Source: an uncultured Pelagibacteraceae bacterium (GTDB lineage: Bacteria; Pseudomonadota; Alphaproteobacteria; Pelagibacterales; Pelagibacteraceae). From it: a DNA stretch of 64,000 nt. Of the stretch, positions 1 to 8,367 are shown piece by piece (within the stretch, counting starts at the first letter, position 1; every line of letters begins with the position of its first letter). Below the pieces are notes generated by a model. The model was given only the letters and a program-made list of their open reading frames with translations, did not search any database and was not told the DNA's origin. The translations under genes were made by a program, and so were the position numbers. The stretch is taken from the NCBI GenBank assembly GCA_902613065.1, contig CACMFU010000001.1, positions 131,471 to 195,470 of the forward strand, given 5' to 3'.

Positions 1-29
1 TAACATAATTCAACTTTAGGTATGTATTA

Positions 30-362
30 ATGATTATTGCTTTTAAAAATAATAGTTTATCAAAAAAATTTATTGCTCTGTTTATCACATTAACATTAAT
101 TTTTTTAACTGGATGCCAAACAATTAAAAAGAAATCTGACGAAGTGGCTGAAAAAGAGAATGAAAAATTTGGTCAATTCGTTGGGAAAGAAGTTAATGAG
201 ATGAGATTAGAATTAGGCTCACCGTCAGAAGATTTTGTCAATGAACTTGGAAATGAAATGCTTATCTACAAAACAAAAAAATATGGAATTCCTTGTGAAA
301 GAAAATTTGAGGTGAATGCATCAGGGGTTATTATCGGATTTAGCTCTAGTGGATGTATTTAG
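30..362 (+). CDS. Hypothetical lipoprotein
   Basis: 110-aa ORF with basic N-terminus, hydrophobic stretch and lipobox LTGC; no family recognised. Confidence 0.7.
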   Translation: MIIAFKNNSLSKKFIALFITLTLIFLTGCQTIKKKSDEVAEKENEKFGQFVGKEVNEMRLELGSPSEDFVNELGNEMLIYKTKKYGIPCERKFEVNASGVIIGFSSSGCI

Positions 363-363
363 T

Positions 364-386
364 CTTGTGGGGACTAGCCCCACAAG
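364..386. terminator. GC-rich hairpin between convergent genes (possible bidirectional terminator or stability element)
   Basis: CTTGTGGGG-ACTAG-CCCCACAAG, perfect 9-bp stem between the stops at 362 and 395; no U-tract on either strand. Confidence 0.6.
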
Positions 387-394
387 CAAGGTAC

Positions 395-841
395 TTATTT
401 AATTTCAATAAGTTTCTTTTTTTTATGTTCCGGGATAATCCTTTCACATGCGATTGTTAAAAGACCATCTTTTAACTCTGCACCATTAACTTTTACATCA
501 TCTGCAATTGTAAATGATCTCGCAAATTGTCTTTGCGATATACCTTTGTGGATTATCTCTCCATCTTGGTTTTTGTTTTCACTTCTATCAACTTGTTTAG
601 TTCTTACAGTTAATAAATTATCTTCAAACTCTACCTCAACATCTTTTTTGCTAAAACCAGCTAAAGCAACCTCTATTGAGTAGTTATCTTTGCCAGTTCT
701 TCTTATGTTGTAAGGCGGGTAGTTTGATTGCATACTTAAACCACCATTGCCCAACATACTTTCGAATTGGTCAAACATATCGTCAAAACCAATTGAGAAA
801 GGCCGAAGTGAGTTGAAAATTGATAGATCCTTACTTGTCAT
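395..841 (-). CDS. ibpA: Small heat shock protein, Hsp20/IbpA family
   Basis: SIGFDDMFD, NYPPYNI, IEVALAGF, HKGISQRQFARSF, AELKDGLLTI motifs. Confidence 0.95.
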   Translation of the reverse strand: MTSKDLSIFNSLRPFSIGFDDMFDQFESMLGNGGLSMQSNYPPYNIRRTGKDNYSIEVALAGFSKKDVEVEFEDNLLTVRTKQVDRSENKNQDGEIIHKGISQRQFARSFTIADDVKVNGAELKDGLLTIACERIIPEHKKKKLIEIK

Positions 842-900
842 ATTATCCTCCTTTAATTAAGCAAGTTTATATATTGCTAGCCCCATTAGGCGACTAACAA
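842..900 (-). promoter_or_regulatory. ROSE-like RNA thermometer in the ibpA 5' UTR
   Basis: Leader has a 5' hairpin (874-900), then CUUGCUU (859-865) able to pair with the SD-containing AAGGAG with a bulged G, as in the ROSE U(U/C)GCU motif. Confidence 0.65.
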
Positions 901-905
901 TGTTT

Positions 906-933
906 ATATGGTAATTAATTTTGATATTTCAAG
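906..933 (-). promoter_or_regulatory. sigma32 (RpoH)-type promoter of ibpA
   Basis: Minus strand CTTGAA-N16-CCATAT; the same CTTGAA -35 precedes groES. Confidence 0.7.
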
Positions 934-934
934 A

Positions 935-3016
935 TCAAGTGTTTAATTTTCCAGCTATTTTCAAAGCGAACGCGTAGTCAATTGCAATCTCCTCAATTGC
1001 TCCATCTCTTCCAGATTTTCCCCCATGACCTGCATTCATTTCTGTTTTTAATAAAAGTAAATTGTTATCCGTTTTGTAATCCCTTAATTTTGCAGTAAAT
1101 TTTGCTGGCTCATCAAATAATACCCTGTTATCACTTAGACTTGTTGTTATCAAAATGTTTGGGTAATCCATCTTTTTAATATTGTTATAAGGTGCATATG
1201 AAAATATGTAATCAAAGTGTTCTTTTTTATCTTTAGCATTTCCAAATTCATCAAATTCGCCGACTGTTAATGGTAACGAATGGTCTAAGTTCGTGGTCAA
1301 CGAGTCAACAAAAGGAACAGCCATAACAATACCCAAAAATAATTCAGGCGCTTGGTTAACAACGGCTCCCATTAAAAGACCTCCAGCAGATCCACCCATT
1401 CCAATAATATTACCTTTGGACGTAAACTTTTTTTCAATTAAAAATTTTGCAGAAGCAATGTAATCTTCAAAAGTATTTTTCTTGTTTAATAACTTTCCCT
1501 CTTTCCACCATTTCATTCCTTTTTCCATACCGCCTCTAATATGAGAAGTTACCCATATAATATCTCGCTCTATTAAACTTATTCTTGTTGAAGAAAAACT
1601 TGGCGACATAGAACTACCGTAAGATCCATACCCATATAATAATAATTTTGCAGATCCATCTAATTTAGTTTTTTTATGTCTTGTTATGGTAATAGGAACC
1701 ATTCTTCCGTCATGAGAGGCACACTCTAATCTTTCAACTACGTAGTCATCAGGATTATGGCCGCTAGGAATCTCTTGTTCTTTTACTAATTTTTTCTCCT
1801 TTGTTTTAAGATTGTATAGGTAAGTCCTTCCAGGAGTTTTTGGTGATGAATATGATAAATAAACGGCATCAGTATTTCTATTTTTTTGGGTTAACGAAAC
1901 ACCGGGTACTATAACTTTTTCATCTGAAAAAAATATTTCTTCTTCTTCATTATTTTTTGGATTTCTTAATATTAATTTTGATAATGCATTAGAAGTTTCA
2001 GATCTTATAATCCAATCATTTAAAAAAATTAATCCTCCAATTAAAACCTCTTCTCGTGCAGGTATAAATATTTCCCACTCCTTTTTTTCTAAATCATTTG
2101 TCTTTTCGATCTTAAAATCTTCCGCATCTTCATTTGTATGTTTATAGAAATTGCCATTCCATGAATTGACCGAATATATTATCCCTCTTTTTCTTTTATC
2201 AATTAGTTTTGGTTTTGGAATTATTTCATCTGCTTTAAAATAATACTGTTCGGATGTATTATGATCAGATGATGTAATAAAAAAATACTTTTCATCAGAG
2301 CTAAGACCTATTCCTACAGTAAATGCTTCACTTTCTTCTTTAAATATAAGAATATCTTTACTAGTAGGAGTTCCAATTTCATGCCTGTAAATTTCTCTTG
2401 GTCTGTGATTGTCATCAAGCTTAGAGTAAAAAATATATTTGTCATCTAAGCTAAATGTTATTCCACCACTTGTATTTTCAATTTTTTCACCAACTTCCTC
2501 TCGACTTTTAATATCTCTTATATGTATGGTGTAATATTCAGATCCTTTTAAATCTAATGAATAAGCTAGTAATTTATCATTATAGCTAACTTCTAAGTCT
2601 CCAAGCCCAAAATATTCTGTTTTAAGCTTTTCTTTTTCTAAATCACCATTCCAAATTTCTTCTATTTCATCAGAATCAATTTTTTTTCTTAACTTTATAG
2701 AATAATTTCCTTTTGTTGTTGTTTTTGTCCAGTAACTATATCTTACATCTTTAAACGGAAGAGACTCATCATCAAGTTTAATTCTTCCTTTAATCTCATC
2801 GAATAAAACTTTTTGAATTTCTTTTGTATCTGACATTTGATGACTAAAATAATCATTTTCATCTTCAAGATATTTTCTCACCTCAGGCAATAATTTTGAA
2901 CTATCTTTCAATACTTCAAGTATATTTTTCTGATGTATCCAACTATAATCATCTTCCCAAGTTACGTTGTGACAAGATTTTAATTCTGGTTTTTTTTTAA
3001 GCTGTGGTATTTTCAT
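935..3016 (-). CDS. ptrB: Oligopeptidase B (S9 prolyl oligopeptidase family)
   Basis: DDYSW N-terminus, YGYGSYG, HIRGG, GGSAGGLL nucleophile motif, DNRV and GHGG triad motifs; 693 aa. Confidence 0.92.
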   Translation of the reverse strand: MKIPQLKKKPELKSCHNVTWEDDYSWIHQKNILEVLKDSSKLLPEVRKYLEDENDYFSHQMSDTKEIQKVLFDEIKGRIKLDDESLPFKDVRYSYWTKTTTKGNYSIKLRKKIDSDEIEEIWNGDLEKEKLKTEYFGLGDLEVSYNDKLLAYSLDLKGSEYYTIHIRDIKSREEVGEKIENTSGGITFSLDDKYIFYSKLDDNHRPREIYRHEIGTPTSKDILIFKEESEAFTVGIGLSSDEKYFFITSSDHNTSEQYYFKADEIIPKPKLIDKRKRGIIYSVNSWNGNFYKHTNEDAEDFKIEKTNDLEKKEWEIFIPAREEVLIGGLIFLNDWIIRSETSNALSKLILRNPKNNEEEEIFFSDEKVIVPGVSLTQKNRNTDAVYLSYSSPKTPGRTYLYNLKTKEKKLVKEQEIPSGHNPDDYVVERLECASHDGRMVPITITRHKKTKLDGSAKLLLYGYGSYGSSMSPSFSSTRISLIERDIIWVTSHIRGGMEKGMKWWKEGKLLNKKNTFEDYIASAKFLIEKKFTSKGNIIGMGGSAGGLLMGAVVNQAPELFLGIVMAVPFVDSLTTNLDHSLPLTVGEFDEFGNAKDKKEHFDYIFSYAPYNNIKKMDYPNILITTSLSDNRVLFDEPAKFTAKLRDYKTDNNLLLLKTEMNAGHGGKSGRDGAIEEIAIDYAFALKIAGKLNT

Positions 3017-3033
3017 TTAAATTTAATTAATTT

Positions 3034-3543
3034 ATGAATATTTTTTTTGCAATACTAATAATTTTTATAATTCTTTATATTTTACTCAATTGGTTTGCCA
3101 AAACCTCAACAAAAAAAATATCAAAATTTGTAAGAACATTTATTATAATTTCTTCAATATTGTTAGCGGTAATAATGGCATATGCAGGAAGATATATATT
3201 TTCCTTACCATTTATGTTGGCTATTTTGCCTTTAATTAAAACGAAAGCAGGTATTTCTTTATTTCAGCTATTTAGATTATGGGGACTTTTTAGAGTTTTA
3301 AAAAATTCTGGCAGATTTAATTTTAATCAATTTAATCAAAATATGTCATCTCAGAATATGAGTTTAGATGAAGCATATAGAATTTTAAATTTAGATCCCA
3401 AAAAAAAATATACAAAAGATGAAGTGATGAATTCTTATAAAAAAATTATGAAAAAAATTCATCCAGACAGAAGTCCAGAATTAAATAATATTGCTACTTT
3501 AGTGAACCAAGCAAAAGACACAGTCTTAAAATCGGTTGTTTAA
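3034..3543 (+). CDS. Membrane-anchored DnaJ-domain protein
   Basis: N-terminal hydrophobic helices; C-terminal J domain (EAYRILNL...KKIHPDR, HPD motif). Confidence 0.85.
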   Translation: MNIFFAILIIFIILYILLNWFAKTSTKKISKFVRTFIIISSILLAVIMAYAGRYIFSLPFMLAILPLIKTKAGISLFQLFRLWGLFRVLKNSGRFNFNQFNQNMSSQNMSLDEAYRILNLDPKKKYTKDEVMNSYKKIMKKIHPDRSPELNNIATLVNQAKDTVLKSVV

Positions 3544-4475
3544 GTATAACTTAGTATTGATTTGTACACTTGTTCGACCTTAATTAAATTTGGATCAATT
3601 TCACTTCCATGTGTAATATTATTAATATCATATCCTTCAGGAATAATTCTAATATGATTAGGAGTATAATCCGTATATGCTTTTGGTGAGTCCAATAAAA
3701 TCACAAGGCTTGGTTTGCCAGATTGTGATGCAATATGTGAACCAAATGAATCATTCCCCACATACATATCTGCAGAAGCTATAAAAGGTATTACTTCTGA
3801 GATATTTTTGTCACTAAGATCTGTAATATTATCTCCTTCAACCTTATCCATTATTTCTTGAGCAATTAATTTTTCATCAGGACCACACAAAATAAAAAAA
3901 TTAAATTTATTTAGATTATTTAACTCATTTATTAGATTTGAGTAATTATTAGTACCCCATTTTGTTGTTGGACCTGAAGATCCAGCTCCTATTACAATGT
4001 TAAATTTTGATTTATCAAAATAAGTTGAGATATTTTTAAGTTTATTTTTATTTATGTGAATTTTTGTGTATGTTTGACATTTCTCTATGTTTAATACACT
4101 CGCAGTAAACTTTTGTGCTGCGTTGATTAAATGAAGATTTTTCTTTTTAAATAAAGGATAGTGATAAATATCTTTTATTCCAGCTAACTTACACGCAATG
4201 AATATTCTAGGACTTGGATAATAAATAAATATTTTATCAAAATTGTATTTTTTTAATTCTGATGAAAAACTAAATATATTTTTAAATTTATTATATTTTT
4301 TATCTATTACTATGACTTCTTTAATTTTAGGATCATCCTCTAATGCATCCGACAAATTATTGCATAATGTAAAAACTGTGATAGGTCCAAACTTTTCAGA
4401 TAACTGATGCACATAACTAAGATGTAACAAATTTGCTCCAAGACCTATATAGCTAAGATAAACACAAACTTTCAT
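3540..4475 (-). CDS. Glycosyltransferase family 9 (heptosyltransferase-like)
   Basis: GAGSSGPTTKW, YVGNDSFGSHIA and PSLVIL match GT9 C-terminal motifs. Confidence 0.8.
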   Translation of the reverse strand: MKVCVYLSYIGLGANLLHLSYVHQLSEKFGPITVFTLCNNLSDALEDDPKIKEVIVIDKKYNKFKNIFSFSSELKKYNFDKIFIYYPSPRIFIACKLAGIKDIYHYPLFKKKNLHLINAAQKFTASVLNIEKCQTYTKIHINKNKLKNISTYFDKSKFNIVIGAGSSGPTTKWGTNNYSNLINELNNLNKFNFFILCGPDEKLIAQEIMDKVEGDNITDLSDKNISEVIPFIASADMYVGNDSFGSHIASQSGKPSLVILLDSPKAYTDYTPNHIRIIPEGYDINNITHGSEIDPNLIKVEQVYKSILSYT

Positions 4476-4548
4476 AAGTATTTAGAATATATTTTTTTAT
4501 TATTTTTTTCTTAAATCTATTCTATAATTATAGTCATATAATTAAGTT

Positions 4549-5427
4549 ATGATTAATGGAATATATGCAGCTACATTGTCAGTATTAGATAAAAATCTGG
4601 CGTTAAATAGTGAAAAAACGATTAAATACGCTGAAAATCTAATTGACAAAGGTTGCCATGGAGTAGTTTTTTTTGGAAGTACTGGACAATCACAACTCAT
4701 ATCTCTTTCGGAAAAAATTCAATTAATCAATTTGTTACCAAAAAGTAATTATGGGGACAAATTTATAATTGGGACCGGTCTTAATTCGCTAGTTGACAAT
4801 ATTAATTTGATAAAAATAGCCAAATCAAATGGGTTTAATAAATTTTTAATTATGCCCCCTGCCTATTATAAGTATAGCGATCACGATGTGATTAATTTTT
4901 ACTCAAGAATAATAGATGAAATTAATGAATGTAAAATAATTTTATATAATTTCGAAAAACTCTCAGGATATAAATTTAGTATTGATTGTGTTGAAGAGCT
5001 AGTAAAAAAATTTCCAAGTCAAATAGTTGGAGTAAAAGACAGTTCTTATAATTTGTACGAAAATTTGAAAATAGATAATTTTTCAGTAATGCCAGGTTCA
5101 GAATCAAAATTATTGAAAGGACTTGAATTAGGTTGCTCTGGAATAATTACAGCAACAACAAATGTTACTTCAATTTTGGCAAGAGATGTTTACGATAAAT
5201 TTCAAAATGGATCGGATCAATCTTCAAACGAAAAGTTGTGTTTAGTGAGAAGTATTTTCGATAAATTTAATTTGATTTCAGGTTTACATACCTTCATGGC
5301 ACAAATTGATCAGGACTATCAGAATTTAATTCCACCATTGAAGTTATTAAATGAAAATGAAAAAAAAATATTTTTTGCTGAACTTCAAAAGCTTGATTTT
5401 GACTTTAAGCACTTAAAAGCAGCATAA
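4549..5427 (+). CDS. Dihydrodipicolinate synthase/N-acetylneuraminate lyase family aldolase
   Basis: FGSTGQ, PPAYYK, LYNFEKLSG and GVKDSS (Schiff-base Lys); substrate not assignable. Confidence 0.85.
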   Translation: MINGIYAATLSVLDKNLALNSEKTIKYAENLIDKGCHGVVFFGSTGQSQLISLSEKIQLINLLPKSNYGDKFIIGTGLNSLVDNINLIKIAKSNGFNKFLIMPPAYYKYSDHDVINFYSRIIDEINECKIILYNFEKLSGYKFSIDCVEELVKKFPSQIVGVKDSSYNLYENLKIDNFSVMPGSESKLLKGLELGCSGIITATTNVTSILARDVYDKFQNGSDQSSNEKLCLVRSIFDKFNLISGLHTFMAQIDQDYQNLIPPLKLLNENEKKIFFAELQKLDFDFKHLKAA

Positions 5428-6614
5428 TGAAACTTATAAATTTTTTAAATGATTTGTTCAAAGAAGATGGCTTTATCTTAATAGATTATAATTCTAATAG
5501 GTATGTAATAGGGAAACCTTTGAAAGAAACTCCAATAGAGTTGCAATTACTAGATAAAAGCTTGCACCAAAAATTACTGCTTCATCCTGATTTATATTTT
5601 GGTGAAGCATATACCAATGGCTCTTTAAGATTAAAAAATGGAACCTTGACGGAATTTCTTGATATAGCTTTTAAAAATATTGGAAGAGCAGATATTAATA
5701 TTTATGGAAAGACATTAAATAAAATAAAGGGAACTTTAAAATATTTAACAAGTTTTAATAAAATCGTTAAATCTAAACAAAATGTTGCACACCATTATGA
5801 TATTTCAGAAAAATTATATGATTTGTTTCTTGATAAAAAAAGACAATATTCATGTGCATACTTCAAAAATGAGAATGATACTTTGGAAACCGCTCAAGAA
5901 AATAAAATTGATCACATAATTAAAAAACTTCATATACAACCTAACCAAAAAGTTTTAGATATTGGATCTGGTTGGGGAACACTTGCAATTGACATTGCAA
6001 AAAAAACAAAAGCTTCGGTTACTGGAATTACACTTTCAGAAAATCAATTAAAATATAGTCAAGAAAAAGCTAAAGAATTAAATTTAGATAATCAAGTTGA
6101 ATTTAAATTAATAGATTACAGACAATTGAATGAAAAATTTGATAGGATAGTCAGTGTTGGAATGTTTGAACATGTTGGAAAAAAATTCTATCATACCTAT
6201 TTTAATAGAGTGTCTCAAATGTTAAAGAAGGATGGAGTAGCTTTGATACATACAATTGGATCAAATCTTCCACCAAGAGACCCACAGCCTTGGATAACAA
6301 AATATATATTTCCTGGCGGATATACCCCTAGTTTGAGCGAAATAACGAGGCCAATAGAGGATTCTGGACTGATAGCTACAGATATAGAGATTTTAAGGAT
6401 GCACTATGCCCACACTTTAAGAAACTGGAAAGAAAGATTTTTATCAAAAAAAGAAGAAGTTTTAGAAATGTTTGATGAAAAATTTTTAAGGATGTGGGAA
6501 TTTTATCTTACAAGTTGTGAAATGGCTTTTAAATGGGGAGATCAAGTTGTATTTCAACTTCAGCTAACTAAAGATATAAGATCTGTTCCTAATACTAGAG
6601 ACTATATTTATTAA
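5427..6614 (+). CDS. cfa: Cyclopropane-fatty-acyl-phospholipid synthase family SAM methyltransferase
   Basis: HHYD, YSCAYF, VLDIGSGWG, IVSVGMFEHVG, KYIFPGGY, HYAHTLRNW, RMWEFYL motifs. Confidence 0.85.
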   Translation: MKLINFLNDLFKEDGFILIDYNSNRYVIGKPLKETPIELQLLDKSLHQKLLLHPDLYFGEAYTNGSLRLKNGTLTEFLDIAFKNIGRADINIYGKTLNKIKGTLKYLTSFNKIVKSKQNVAHHYDISEKLYDLFLDKKRQYSCAYFKNENDTLETAQENKIDHIIKKLHIQPNQKVLDIGSGWGTLAIDIAKKTKASVTGITLSENQLKYSQEKAKELNLDNQVEFKLIDYRQLNEKFDRIVSVGMFEHVGKKFYHTYFNRVSQMLKKDGVALIHTIGSNLPPRDPQPWITKYIFPGGYTPSLSEITRPIEDSGLIATDIEILRMHYAHTLRNWKERFLSKKEEVLEMFDEKFLRMWEFYLTSCEMAFKWGDQVVFQLQLTKDIRSVPNTRDYIY

Positions 6615-6643
6615 AAATTAGCTGATAAAGCTGTATTTCTTAA

Positions 6644-7822
6644 ATGAAAAAAAAGAAAAAAAAAACTAAAAAAAAAAGTCTAAAAATAAAAGTTAAAAAA
6701 TCAAAAAAAAAAATCAAATCAAAATTAAAAAAAAAAAGATCTAAATTAAAGAAAAAAATAACAAAAAGATCAAATCAAAGAAAAAAAATAAAAAAAGTTA
6801 AGTTAAAGACAAGTACTGAAAAGGGTATTATTTCAAGAACAGTCAGACTTGAGGAAGATTTAAAAAATAAGTTTTCTTTCAAATTTAATTTTAATTTACT
6901 GGCAATTGATAAATTTATACAAAAATTTTTTCAAACTATAGAATTAAGATTAATTCGTTTTAAAGAGATAAGAGCTGAGGAAAAAAGACAAATTAAACTA
7001 GAGAAAATTGAGCAAGCAGAAAAAGAAAAAATTGAAATTGAAAAACAGAAGAAAGCAGATGAAACTGCCTTTCTAAAAGAAAAAGAAATTCAGCTAAAAC
7101 AAGAACAAAAATTAGAAAAAGAAAGAGCAAAAGATATAAAATTATTTTTAAGAAAAGAACAGGCCATACTAAGAAAAGAGCAGGCGGAGAGACAAAAGAA
7201 ATTTTTGCAAGAATTAAAATTAGAAAAACAAATAGAAAAGTTTAGAATAAGAGAGGTAAAAGAATTAGAACAACTAGAAAAATTAGCTTTAAGAGAAAAG
7301 AGAGAGGATTATTCAGGATTACAACAGCGTATCGAAAAATTAAAATTAAAATATCAACAAATAAGAGATCAGAAAATAAGAGAACGAGTTGAAGCGTTAG
7401 GTGTAGAAACACAAGAAGGAGACGATAGAGCAAAATTACTTCAAAGAGAAAGGGAGTATACTTTAGCTAGGCAAAAAATTGAGTTTGCACTTGAAAGCTT
7501 CTACAGAAGTGCGAATAGTTTAGTTTTTCAACTTAACAAAAGATATATAACTAAACATATGTCTATCTTGAGATGCGTAGACAGAAGATTCGAAACTGGA
7601 GAGATATTTATAAAATGGGATGAGACAATTGATGATGAGTGGTTAATACTAATTTATATTAAAAATAATTCTCCAGATGAAGGTATAGTAATTGAAGATA
7701 AAACAAATGAAGAAAAAAATATTTCACATGAATTTAAACCAAGTGAAATTTTTAAAGCCTCAGATTTAATGGTAGATTCATTAACCCAGCTGATTGCAAA
7801 AAAAAGATCTAAGAACAATTAA
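6644..7822 (+). CDS. Hypothetical coiled-coil protein with Lys-rich N-terminal tail
   Basis: 392-aa open frame: poly-Lys N-terminus, long E/K/R/Q-rich helical middle, globular C-terminal ~110 aa. Confidence 0.75.
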   Translation: MKKKKKKTKKKSLKIKVKKSKKKIKSKLKKKRSKLKKKITKRSNQRKKIKKVKLKTSTEKGIISRTVRLEEDLKNKFSFKFNFNLLAIDKFIQKFFQTIELRLIRFKEIRAEEKRQIKLEKIEQAEKEKIEIEKQKKADETAFLKEKEIQLKQEQKLEKERAKDIKLFLRKEQAILRKEQAERQKKFLQELKLEKQIEKFRIREVKELEQLEKLALREKREDYSGLQQRIEKLKLKYQQIRDQKIRERVEALGVETQEGDDRAKLLQREREYTLARQKIEFALESFYRSANSLVFQLNKRYITKHMSILRCVDRRFETGEIFIKWDETIDDEWLILIYIKNNSPDEGIVIEDKTNEEKNISHEFKPSEIFKASDLMVDSLTQLIAKKRSKNN

Positions 7823-8367
7823 ATTTGTTGGTCTTTGATAATTTTTTCTATTAACTTTATATTTTCTCCACTTTTGATTAATGGATAAATAGATTTTGCT
7901 TTTCTTAAGTCATCAACTGCTTTTTCATATTCCTTTAAGCTTAGGTATATTTGCGCTCGTCCTGATAATGCTCCAAAATGTCTTGGTTCTAGATCTAAAA
8001 CTTTTTCAATATCATCTAACGATTTCTCATAATCCCCTAATATAAATAGTAATGTTGCTCTCTTATTCCAACCCTCCGCCCATTTTGGGTCCTCATTAAT
8101 CACGTCTGTAAATAGTTTTAATGCCATTCTATACTGCTGATGATACATAGAATAAGTTCCGTTCTCTAATTTGTTCGTCAGATAATCATTGTTTGGGTGT
8201 CTTGTCCATTTATTCCAGATTTGATCCTCTAGCTTTTCTGCTTGTTGTAAATTTTTTGCGTTAAGCAATTCTTTAAACAATATATTTAAATTGTCTGAAT
8301 ACACATTATTTGTACTTACAAATAAAAATATAATTATAAAACTTATATTTTTTTTAATCACTGACAT
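7819..8367 (-). CDS. Tetratricopeptide-repeat protein, probably exported
   Basis: Signal-like N-terminus; TPR motifs (AEGWNKRATLLF, LEPRHFGALSGRAQI). Confidence 0.85.
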   Translation of the reverse strand: MSVIKKNISFIIIFLFVSTNNVYSDNLNILFKELLNAKNLQQAEKLEDQIWNKWTRHPNNDYLTNKLENGTYSMYHQQYRMALKLFTDVINEDPKWAEGWNKRATLLFILGDYEKSLDDIEKVLDLEPRHFGALSGRAQIYLSLKEYEKAVDDLRKAKSIYPLIKSGENIKLIEKIIKDQQI

